From Thermoflexus hugenholtzii JAD2 (GTDB taxonomy: Bacteria > Chloroflexota > Limnocylindria > Limnocylindrales > Limnocylindraceae): a stretch of 46,422 nt of DNA. Each line of letters starts with the position of its first letter. Within the stretch, counting starts at the first letter, position 1. The position numbers and the translations under genes were made by a program. The notes beneath the pieces are model-generated. The model had not been told where the DNA came from, made no database searches, and was given only the letters and a program-made list of their open reading frames with translations. The stretch covers positions 1-46,422 of the forward strand of contig CAMAXG010000002.1 of the NCBI GenBank assembly GCA_945862225.1. Reading direction: 5' to 3'. Positions 11,282-18,997 of this stretch are shown here, piece after piece.

Positions 11282-11294
11282 CGCCAGCGGCGCT
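11280..11294. terminator. short GC hairpin between convergent mdh and mmsA
   Basis: AGCGCC-agc-GGCGCT, a perfect 6-bp stem with a 3-nt loop, fills most of the 18-nt gap. There is no clear U-tract. Confidence 0.25.
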
Positions 11295-11299
11295 CTTGA

Positions 11300-12778
11300 T
11301 TAGAACCAGCGAGCGGTGATGACCTTCTTCGTGGTGTAGAACTCCACTCCGTCGCGGCCGGTCGCGTGTAGGTCGCCGAAGAAGCTCTTGCGGCGACCGC
11401 TGAACGGGAAGAAGGCCATTGGGGCTGCCACACCAACGTTCACGCCGAGCATGCCTGAGGTCGCCTTGCGCTTGAACTCGCGCGCCGCAGAGCCAGAGGC
11501 GGTGTAGATGCTCGCCGCATTGCCGTACTCGTTCGTCTCAGCCATCAGGCGGAGCGCCTCGTCTAGGTCCTTCGCGTAGAGAATCGAGAGAACCGGCCCG
11601 AAGACCTCCTCGCGTGCCAGTGGCGAGGTTGGCGCGATCTCAAGCAGCGTTGGGCCAACGAAGAAGCCCTTCTCGGGCCCGGTGCCGCGACCGTCGCGCA
11701 GCATCTTCGCTCCTGCAGCGACCCCTTGGTCAACCAGAGTGTGAATGCGCTCACGTGCCTCACCGCGGATCACGGGGCCGAGCGAGACACCAGCATCAAG
11801 GCCGAATCCCATCTTGATCGTGTCGGCGTGTTCGAGGAGTCGCGGCAACATGCGCTCACGCGCTTCGCCGACCAGCGTGAGGACCGAGCCTGCGAGGCAA
11901 CGCTGCCCCGCATTGCCGAAGGCAGACTCTGCGATGTTGGGGACGCTCTGATCAAGCACCGCATCAGGCATGGCGATGATGTGATTCTTGGCACCGCCGA
12001 GCGCCTGCACGCGCTTGCCGCTCTTGGCTGCAGTCTCGTAGACGATGCGCGCTACGCGCTCGGAGCCGACGAAGCTGATCGCATCAACCCCTGGGTTGGT
12101 GATCAGGCCGGTGACCGTCTCCACGGCGCCGTGCACCAAGCCAACAACGCCAGCCGGAATGCCGGCCTCTTCGCAGATCTCGATGATGCGCTGCGACGAG
12201 AGTGGCGTGCGCTCGGATGGCTTCAAGATGAACGAGTTGCCGCAAGCGATCGCGAGTGGCAGCATCCACATTGGCACCATGAAGGGGAAGTTGAATGGTG
12301 TAATGCCGGCGACCACCCCGACAGGGAAGCGCACCATCTCGGAGTCGATGCCGCGCGAGACCTGGTCGAGGTTCTGCCCCATGAGCAGCGTTGGGGCGCC
12401 GCAGGCGAAGTCGACGACCTCAATGCCGCGGCGGACCTCGCCCGTAGCATCGCTCAGCACCTTGCCGTTCTCGGTGGTGACGAGCTTGGCGAGCGCTTCG
12501 CGGTTGTCGAGCATCGCCTCACGCAACTTGAAGAGGTAGCCGGCTCGCTCTGGCGGCGGCATCTCGCCCCACTCGTACGCGGCGGCTCGCGCCGCATCAA
12601 CGGCAGCCTGTACATCGGCGGCATTCGAGAGGGGTACATAGGCGAGGGGAGCCTCGGTTGCCGGGTTCGGCACGACGAGCCGCTCACTCGAAGAGGAGGC
12701 GACCCAGTGTCCATTGATGTAGTTCTTCAGGGTGGCTGGGGCACTCTGTGCGGCCAAGCTTTCAATGGTTGTTGCCAT
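11300..12778 (-). CDS. mmsA: CoA-acylating methylmalonate/malonate-semialdehyde dehydrogenase
   Basis: 492 aa of the aldehyde dehydrogenase fold. MmsA hallmarks are present: GGAKNH, QRCLA catalytic Cys, and the C-terminal PMAFFPFSGRRKSFFGDLH...FYTTKKVITARW. Confidence 0.9.
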   Translation of the reverse strand: MATTIESLAAQSAPATLKNYINGHWVASSSSERLVVPNPATEAPLAYVPLSNAADVQAAVDAARAAAYEWGEMPPPERAGYLFKLREAMLDNREALAKLVTTENGKVLSDATGEVRRGIEVVDFACGAPTLLMGQNLDQVSRGIDSEMVRFPVGVVAGITPFNFPFMVPMWMLPLAIACGNSFILKPSERTPLSSQRIIEICEEAGIPAGVVGLVHGAVETVTGLITNPGVDAISFVGSERVARIVYETAAKSGKRVQALGGAKNHIIAMPDAVLDQSVPNIAESAFGNAGQRCLAGSVLTLVGEARERMLPRLLEHADTIKMGFGLDAGVSLGPVIRGEARERIHTLVDQGVAAGAKMLRDGRGTGPEKGFFVGPTLLEIAPTSPLAREEVFGPVLSILYAKDLDEALRLMAETNEYGNAASIYTASGSAAREFKRKATSGMLGVNVGVAAPMAFFPFSGRRKSFFGDLHATGRDGVEFYTTKKVITARWF

Positions 12779-12907
12779 GGCGAGATTCTCGCCGATCCGC
12801 GCCCTAAGCGCGGCGCACGGCGTGATTGTCTCGCGCCACGCACCACCAGAAGGGGGGTATCCTCAGCGGCACGAGGGCGCGCCTGCGCCTCATCACTGGG
12901 AGGGTCT

Positions 12908-14245
12908 ATGAGCGCAGCCAAGCGAACCCCACTGAGCGGGCCAGAGATGGTCGCCCTCTCCAAGCGCCACACCATGACCGAATGGTCCGCCCAGGCTGCA
13001 GCGAACCCTATTCCGATTGCTCGCGCAAAGGGCTCCTGGTTCTGGACCCCCGAAGAGGAGAAGTTCCTCGACTTCAACAGCCAGCTCATGTGCACCAACA
13101 TCGGCCACGGTGATGAGCGCGTGCTGAAGGCGATTACCGACCAGGCGGCCACCCTCGCCTACGCAAACCCGTTTATGGCGACAGAGCCGCGCGCCCGACT
13201 CGGTGCGAAGCTGGCCGAGATCTGCCCTGGTGACATTGACGCCTTCTTCTTCACCAACGGCGGTGCTGAAGCGGTCGAGAACGCCTTCCGCATTGCGCGC
13301 CTCTATACGGGCCGTCACAAGATCGCCGCACGCTATCGCTCGTACCACGGCGGCACCTCTGGAGCGCTCAGCGCTACTGGCGATCCGCGTCGTTGGTTCG
13401 CCGAGCCTGGCATGCCTGGCATCTTCCGCATCCCAGACTTCCACGAGTTCGGTGCCGTCGAGCCACGCCCGGTCGCTGAGGTGCTTGCGGAGACTGAGAA
13501 GATCATTCGCTTCGAAGGGCCGCACACCGTCGCCGCAATCATCGTTGAGCCGGTTGTGGGAACCAATGGCATCTTGATTCCGCCAGATGGTTACATGCAG
13601 GGGCTGCGTGACATCTGTGATCGCCACGGCATTCTGCTGATCGCCGACGAGGTGATGGCCGGATTCGGCCGAACAGGGAAGTGGTTCGCCATTGATCACT
13701 CAGGCGTTGTGCCCGACATGATCACCATGGCGAAGGGTCTCACCAGCGCTTATGTGCAGCTTGGTGCCCTCGGCATGCGACGGCCGATTGCCGATCACTT
13801 CGCCGAGAAGGTGTTCGGTGGTGGGTTGACCTACAACAGCCATCCGCTCGCCTGCGCGACCGCCCTCGCCACGATCGAGGTCTACGAGGAGGACCACCTG
13901 ATCACCCGCGCCGCGACGATGGGGAAGACGCTCCGCGCGCATCATGAGCGCATGAAGGCGAAGCACCCGTGCGTCGGGCCAATTCGCAACATCGGACTCT
14001 TCGGAATCATTGAGCTGGTGCGTGATCCGAAGACGCAAGAGCCGATCGCGGCGTTCAACACCAGCGCACCAGAGATGCTGGCGCTCGGCGCCTTCTTCCG
14101 CAAGAACGGCCTCTATACGATCGTGCGATGGAATGGATTCTTCACGAATCCACCGCTCATCATCACGAACGAGGAGCTTGACTTTGCGTTCGATGTGATC
14201 GACCGCGGCCTGACAGAGGTTGACAAGGCCCTCGGCCTGGCATGA
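12908..14245 (+). CDS. class-III aminotransferase (omega-amino acid/beta-alanine:pyruvate type)
   Basis: The homologous part of the 839-aa ORF starts at ATG 12908, with GGGAGGG SD upstream. Motifs FTNGGAEAVENA, SYHGGT, ADEVMAGFGRTG and MAKGLTSAY are present. The upstream 394 codons of that ORF are antisense to mmsA. Confidence 0.85.
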   Translation: MSAAKRTPLSGPEMVALSKRHTMTEWSAQAAANPIPIARAKGSWFWTPEEEKFLDFNSQLMCTNIGHGDERVLKAITDQAATLAYANPFMATEPRARLGAKLAEICPGDIDAFFFTNGGAEAVENAFRIARLYTGRHKIAARYRSYHGGTSGALSATGDPRRWFAEPGMPGIFRIPDFHEFGAVEPRPVAEVLAETEKIIRFEGPHTVAAIIVEPVVGTNGILIPPDGYMQGLRDICDRHGILLIADEVMAGFGRTGKWFAIDHSGVVPDMITMAKGLTSAYVQLGALGMRRPIADHFAEKVFGGGLTYNSHPLACATALATIEVYEEDHLITRAATMGKTLRAHHERMKAKHPCVGPIRNIGLFGIIELVRDPKTQEPIAAFNTSAPEMLALGAFFRKNGLYTIVRWNGFFTNPPLIITNEELDFAFDVIDRGLTEVDKALGLA

Positions 14246-15264
14246 GCAACGCTCGCGTCGGCGAGGGTGCGCCACCGCCGGTGATTACGGTGGTCCAGCG
14301 AGGCCAAATCACTGAGGCGGCACATCGCGGCGACGTGGCGGTGGTGGCAGGCGCCGGTCGCCTCGCCGCAAGCCTTGGCGAGCCAGATCGGCTGATCTCG
14401 TTGCGCAGCTCCGTGAAGCCCTTCACCGCAGTGGCGGTGCTGGCTGCAGCAGACGAGGCGGGCCTCACGCTCGACGACGAGATGATCACCCTCGCTTCGG
14501 CGAGCCACGCGGGCGCCGACGAACACATCGCGGTGGCGCAGCGGATGATCGATACCTTCGGGCTCAATCCAGCACACCTTGTGCACGGCCGACCGCAGAG
14601 CGCTCGTGGCGGAAGCGGCGAGTTGCTTGCCCACATGTGCTCAGGGCAGCACCTCTCACTGCTGCTCCTGGCGAAGGCACGGGGGTTTGATCCGGTCGGG
14701 TACGAGAGTTTTGATCACCCGGTGCAGCGCGAGTTGCGCACCGTTGTTGGTGAGTTACTGAGCGTTGACCTGCACGCAGCGCCGTGGGGTATTGATGGCT
14801 GTGCGATCCCCACCTCGGCGATCCCGCTTCGCGCGGCGGCGGAGGGGGCCCGACGCTGGGCGACCCCGCACGATGAGCACGTGCCCGCGCGCTACCGCGC
14901 GCTGCTTGATCGCGTTCGCGTTGCCGCCATCAAGAACCCCCGCCTCATCTCGGGGGCGGGCTTCCTGGATACCGATCTCATTCGCGGTGGCGAGGGACTC
15001 GTTGTCGCAAAGCAAGGGGCTGAGGGGCTCTGCCTTGTTGGCCTGCCGGGCTACGGCATCGCGGTGCGCACCGAGGATGGTGATGCAGCGGCTCGCTCTG
15101 GTCGCGTTGCGACAGTCGCCGTCCTTGCGGCGATCGGCGCCAGCGTTGCCGCAGCAGCATCGCTCGATTCGCATCGCAGCGTGAGCCTTGCCGATCCGCG
15201 GGGCGGTGCAGCACTCGCTACGGTACGACCCGGAGATTCACTCACGACGCTCAAGGTTTCGTAG
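14242..15264 (+). CDS. asparaginase II family protein
   Basis: 340 aa whose start overlaps the aminotransferase stop (ATGA). The overall pattern (RSSVKPFTAVAVL..., GIDGCAIPT, AKQGAEGL) matches the L-asparaginase II (PF06089-like) family as I recall it. Confidence 0.65.
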   Translation: MSNARVGEGAPPPVITVVQRGQITEAAHRGDVAVVAGAGRLAASLGEPDRLISLRSSVKPFTAVAVLAAADEAGLTLDDEMITLASASHAGADEHIAVAQRMIDTFGLNPAHLVHGRPQSARGGSGELLAHMCSGQHLSLLLLAKARGFDPVGYESFDHPVQRELRTVVGELLSVDLHAAPWGIDGCAIPTSAIPLRAAAEGARRWATPHDEHVPARYRALLDRVRVAAIKNPRLISGAGFLDTDLIRGGEGLVVAKQGAEGLCLVGLPGYGIAVRTEDGDAAARSGRVATVAVLAAIGASVAAAASLDSHRSVSLADPRGGAALATVRPGDSLTTLKVS

Positions 15265-15267
15265 GTC

Positions 15268-15966
15268 GTGCCAACGGCAAAGATGCGCAAAGAGGAGGCA
15301 TGGCGTGTACTCGGTCTCCCTGGGCAGCCATCTGCGCGCGAGGTTAAGTCTGCCTTTCGCCGATTAGCAAAGTCGACGCATCCAGATGCGATTGGTGGTG
15401 GCAGAACTGCCTCGCAGTTTGCGCGGATCACCGAGGCGTACGAGGTTGCACTCGCTGACGCGATTGCTGCGGGGCGCATCGGTGCACCAACTCGTGACCT
15501 ACCACCAGCTCGTACAGCAGCTGCACCACGCCGAGCTGCGCCGCAGGCTCGACCTAGCGCTAGCGCACAACCAGCGCCAACTGCGCATCCTGGCTCAACA
15601 ACCTATGACGGAGCAACAGAGACGGAACCGGTCTGGGATGGTGCCGCCTGGGTTGGCGCCGACTCCGGTACGTATTGGACGGTCAATCCGCGCGAGTATG
15701 CCGACCCTCGCAAGCATGGCCCCGAGTATCGAGCCCGAGGACGACGCCCCGTACGTCGGACGCCGCGGGAGCGCACCACAGCGCAGCCTGCTCCGCGACC
15801 GCCGACGACAGGGACACGCGGCGTGGCGCGATCCACCTCGCTTGCCGTAGGTACCACCTCACTCCTTCTCATTACGGTGCTGGTTAGTGGCTCACTCCGC
15901 CTGCTCGCGGCTGCGGCTCTCTGCGCACTTCTCGCCTTTGCGGCCTTGAGTTGGCGGCACAGGTAG
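15268..15966 (+). CDS. J-domain protein with C-terminal membrane anchor
   Basis: J-domain with an HPD motif (AWRVLGLPGQPSAREVKSAFRRLAKSTHPDA), a Pro/Ala/Arg-rich linker and C-terminal hydrophobic segments (LAVGTTSLLLITVLVSGSLRLLAAAALCALLAFAAL). The start could instead be ATG 15283. Confidence 0.7.
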   Translation: MPTAKMRKEEAWRVLGLPGQPSAREVKSAFRRLAKSTHPDAIGGGRTASQFARITEAYEVALADAIAAGRIGAPTRDLPPARTAAAPRRAAPQARPSASAQPAPTAHPGSTTYDGATETEPVWDGAAWVGADSGTYWTVNPREYADPRKHGPEYRARGRRPVRRTPRERTTAQPAPRPPTTGTRGVARSTSLAVGTTSLLLITVLVSGSLRLLAAAALCALLAFAALSWRHR

Positions 15967-15969
15967 GAT
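15964..15969 (+). promoter_or_regulatory. TAGGAT -10 box, leaderless geometry for the DtxR-family gene
   Basis: TAGGAT, then 7 nt, then ATG 15977, with no SD. It overlaps the stop codon of the J-domain gene. Confidence 0.45.
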
Positions 15970-15976
15970 CAGGGCT

Positions 15977-16702
15977 ATGACAACCACACGTCGATCGGCA
16001 CTTACAGCGGCGGCGCAGGAGTACCTCCTCGCCTTCCGCAGCCACAGCGACGATGAGGGGGTCACTCCGTCACTCGTCGCCAAGGATCTTGAAGTGAGCA
16101 AGCAGGCGGCCGCTGAGATGTTCCGCCGACTCGCCGATGACCGATTGATCGTGCCGTGCAGCGGACATGCGCGGCTCTGGAAGCTCACCGCCTCGGGCGA
16201 GAGCGCCGCCGATGCCGTCTTCCGTCGACACGCACTTTTGGAGTGGCTACTAACTGGCATCGTCGGTATGCCGTGGGCGGCGGCTGATGTGGAGGCGCGA
16301 CGACTGCACTCGTCGATCTCGCCCGAATTTGAGACGCGCCTCGAAGAGATGCTTGGCCATCCACAAACCTGTCCGCACGGGAATCCGATTGATCGGGCAA
16401 CCGAAGCACGGCGCCCGAAGGGGGAGCCACTCGCAGCACTTGAGGCGGGCGAGGCGGCCACGATCTATCGCGTTACTGAGGCGGCCGAGGCAGATGCCGC
16501 GCTGCTGAGTTACCTCGAGGCACGCGGACTCGTCCCTGGTGCAAAGATCACCGTCCTCTCACGAAGCACATCACTCGATTCACTCACGCTCGATGGCCCG
16601 ATCGGCAAGGCTTCGCTCGGCCTTCGACCAGCCGCGCTTGTGCACGTCATGCGCGGCGCTGTTGATGCTGCGCTCTTCCATCAGATCCCGGCCCGCTCAT
16701 GA
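15977..16702 (+). CDS. DtxR/IdeR/MntR-family metal-dependent transcriptional repressor
   Basis: 241 aa with an N-terminal wHTH, a dimerisation/metal-site region (HALLEWLL, HPQTCPHGNPI) and a C-terminal FeoA/SH3-like domain. Confidence 0.8.
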   Translation: MTTTRRSALTAAAQEYLLAFRSHSDDEGVTPSLVAKDLEVSKQAAAEMFRRLADDRLIVPCSGHARLWKLTASGESAADAVFRRHALLEWLLTGIVGMPWAAADVEARRLHSSISPEFETRLEEMLGHPQTCPHGNPIDRATEARRPKGEPLAALEAGEAATIYRVTEAAEADAALLSYLEARGLVPGAKITVLSRSTSLDSLTLDGPIGKASLGLRPAALVHVMRGAVDAALFHQIPARS

Positions 16703-18201
16703 GCGATGTCGTGCGCGTTCGTATCGCGCCAAGCCCAACCGGCCCGTTCCACATCGGTACGGCGCGAACGGCGCTCTTCAACCTGCTGTTCGCGCGCCGT
16801 CATGGCGGCACGTACATCGTGCGCGTTGAAGACACCGACACCGCACGCTCCACCAAGGAGTTTGAGGCCGACATTCTTGCAGGGCTCGCCTGGCTCGGCC
16901 TTGGCGCCGATGAGGGTGTCGTTGCAGAGGGGGAGCGCGGCGATCGCGGCCCATACCGTCAATCAGAACGAAGTGAGCGCTACACCGCGGTGGCAAATGA
17001 GCTCCGCGCCAAAGGGTTGACCTACCCCTGCTTCTGTACCCCAGGCGATCTCGATGCAGAGCGCAAGGCTCGTGAAGCGGCCAAGCTTCCACCGCGCTAC
17101 TCCGGCCGCTGCGCCGCGATTCCCGCCGAAACCTCTGACGCCCGCATCGCAGCCGGTGAGTCTGCGGCGCTGCGCTTCCGCATTAAGCCAGGCGCGGTCG
17201 TCATTGACGACCTTGTCCGCGGGCGAGTCGAGATTGACAGCGACGCCCTGGGTGGCGACCTGGTGATCCTGCGCGCCGACGGCACGCCGCTCTATCACTT
17301 CACCGTCGTCGTCGACGATGCCGATATGGGGATTACCCACGTCATTCGCGGCGAGGACCACCTCTCCAACACACCGAAGCACATCCTCCTTTTCGAGGCG
17401 CTTGGCGTTCCGCTACCGAAATTTGCCCACCTGCCCCTCATCTTGAACCTCGACCGCACAAAGATGAGCAAGCGCAAGAGCCAGACTGCACTGGCGGACT
17501 ATCGTGCGGAGGGCTTCCTCGTGGAGGCGCTGGTGAACTTCCTCGCCCTGCTCGGCTGGTCGACAGGGAGCGAGGATGAGGTGCTCTCCATTGATGAACT
17601 ACAGGAGCGCTTCAACCTTGAACATGTACAGAAGGCCGGCGCGGTATTTGATCGCACGCGACTGGAGTGGCTGAACGGCCAGTGGATTCGACGGTTGAGC
17701 AACGAGGAGTTGCTCGTGCGACTCCGACCCTTCTACGAGAGTGCAGCAACAAGCGGGGCGCTGCAGCGCGCGGCCACCGATGCAGAGATCGTCGCGCTGA
17801 TTCCGTTGATCCGTGATCGCATTCCGCTCCTCTCGTCGGCGGTCACACTCACCGACTTCCTCTTTGCCACCGCTCTTGAGCACGACCGTGCGGCACTGGT
17901 ACCGAAGCGTTGGGATGCTGCTACGACCTTGCAGGCGCTCGCAGCGGCACGCCCTCTGATTGCCGAGGCGATCGGCGAGGGCGACCAGCCACTACTCGAT
18001 GCAGAGGATCCGCTTGAGGTGCAGCTCCGGGCGCTCGCCGAGTCGTCGGGCTGGAAGTCGGGCGATCTCTTCATGGCTCTCCGTGTTGCGGTGACGGGGC
18101 GAACGGCAACACCACCACTCTTTGACAGCATGCGCCTCCTCGGTCGCGCTCGCGTGCTGGCGCATCTCGACGCCGCCGCAGCACTGGTGAGCGGCAGCTA
18201 G
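16699..18201 (+). CDS. gltX: glutamate--tRNA ligase
   Basis: 500 aa of class I aaRS type with HIGTAR (HIGH) and KMSKR motifs. The start overlaps the repressor stop (ATGA). Confidence 0.95.
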   Translation: MSDVVRVRIAPSPTGPFHIGTARTALFNLLFARRHGGTYIVRVEDTDTARSTKEFEADILAGLAWLGLGADEGVVAEGERGDRGPYRQSERSERYTAVANELRAKGLTYPCFCTPGDLDAERKAREAAKLPPRYSGRCAAIPAETSDARIAAGESAALRFRIKPGAVVIDDLVRGRVEIDSDALGGDLVILRADGTPLYHFTVVVDDADMGITHVIRGEDHLSNTPKHILLFEALGVPLPKFAHLPLILNLDRTKMSKRKSQTALADYRAEGFLVEALVNFLALLGWSTGSEDEVLSIDELQERFNLEHVQKAGAVFDRTRLEWLNGQWIRRLSNEELLVRLRPFYESAATSGALQRAATDAEIVALIPLIRDRIPLLSSAVTLTDFLFATALEHDRAALVPKRWDAATTLQALAAARPLIAEAIGEGDQPLLDAEDPLEVQLRALAESSGWKSGDLFMALRVAVTGRTATPPLFDSMRLLGRARVLAHLDAAAALVSGS

Positions 18202-18208
18202 CGTTTAC

Positions 18209-18946
18209 ATGGCGATAACACCGCTCCCTCAGAGTGACGCGGTGCCTGAACGACCGATCAAAATCCTGCTGGTCGAAGATGAGCGAGCCCTCCGCGAGGC
18301 GCTCGCCGATGCCCTGACAAGCGAGGGTTTCGTTGTCACGCAGGCCGAGACCGGCGCCGCAGGGCTTGCCGCCTTTCGCGCAGCTCCACCAGATCTAATT
18401 CTGCTGGACTTGATGCTCCCCGAGATGGGCGGCATTGAGGTCTGCCGATCGATTCGCAGCAGCTCGCGCGTGCCGATCATCATGGTCACAGCCAAGGCAT
18501 CGGAGACCGATCGCATCAGCGGCCTCGACCTTGGTGCCGATGACTATGTGACGAAGCCATTCTCTTCACGTGAGCTCGTCGCCCGCATCCGGGCAGTGCT
18601 CCGCCGCGCCGAAGTGGGGGTCAGCCCCGCAGCGCAGGGCGCCCGTCTCCGCATTGCCGAGGCGGAGGTTGACCTTGAGGGGCAGCGAGTGCTGCGCGAC
18701 GGCGCCGTGGTGCACCTGAAGCCGAAGGCCTTCCAGCTCCTGGCGTTCCTCATTGAGAACGCGGGCCGCGTGTATACCCGAGAGCAGCTCCTCGACAAGG
18801 TGTGGGGCTACGACTATGCGGGTGAAACGCGCACGGTTGACGTGCATATGCACGCCCTGCGTCAGGCCGTGGAGGCGATCCCCGCCGAGCCCGTAGCCCT
18901 TCAGACGGTCCGCGGGATCGGCTACGTCCTGCGCCGCCCAGCCTGA
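18209..18946 (+). CDS. OmpR/PhoB-family response regulator
   Basis: 245 aa with a receiver domain (LLVEDE..., DLILLDLMLP, VTAK) and a winged-helix output domain (GYDYAGETRTVDVHMHALR, RGIGY). It starts 7 nt after the gltX stop. Confidence 0.9.
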   Translation: MAITPLPQSDAVPERPIKILLVEDERALREALADALTSEGFVVTQAETGAAGLAAFRAAPPDLILLDLMLPEMGGIEVCRSIRSSSRVPIIMVTAKASETDRISGLDLGADDYVTKPFSSRELVARIRAVLRRAEVGVSPAAQGARLRIAEAEVDLEGQRVLRDGAVVHLKPKAFQLLAFLIENAGRVYTREQLLDKVWGYDYAGETRTVDVHMHALRQAVEAIPAEPVALQTVRGIGYVLRRPA

Positions 18947-18984
18947 CCCACACACCTCTTCTGAACGAGAGCCCCGCGCGCGGG

Positions 18985-18990
18985 TAGGAT
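18985..18990 (+). promoter_or_regulatory. TAGGAT -10 box, leaderless geometry for proS
   Basis: TAGGAT, then 7 nt, then ATG 18998, with no SD. Confidence 0.45.
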
Positions 18991-18997
18991 TGACCCC

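Noticed and set aside
11726-12907. The N-terminal 394 codons of the 839-aa plus-strand ORF (11726-14245) could suggest a giant fusion protein.
   Set aside because: This part is exactly antisense to the well-supported mmsA gene and has no recognisable family motifs. The aminotransferase homology begins at ATG 12908, which has its own SD. It is an open shadow frame, as is typical of high-GC DNA.
18973-18984. A perfect 12-nt GC palindrome, CCCGCGCGCGGG, between the response regulator and proS, considered as a possible terminator or operator.
   Set aside because: As a hairpin it gives only about 4 bp plus a tetraloop and has no U-tract. Such CG palindromes arise easily in GC-rich DNA. It lies in the promoter spacer of proS, but I cannot support a function.
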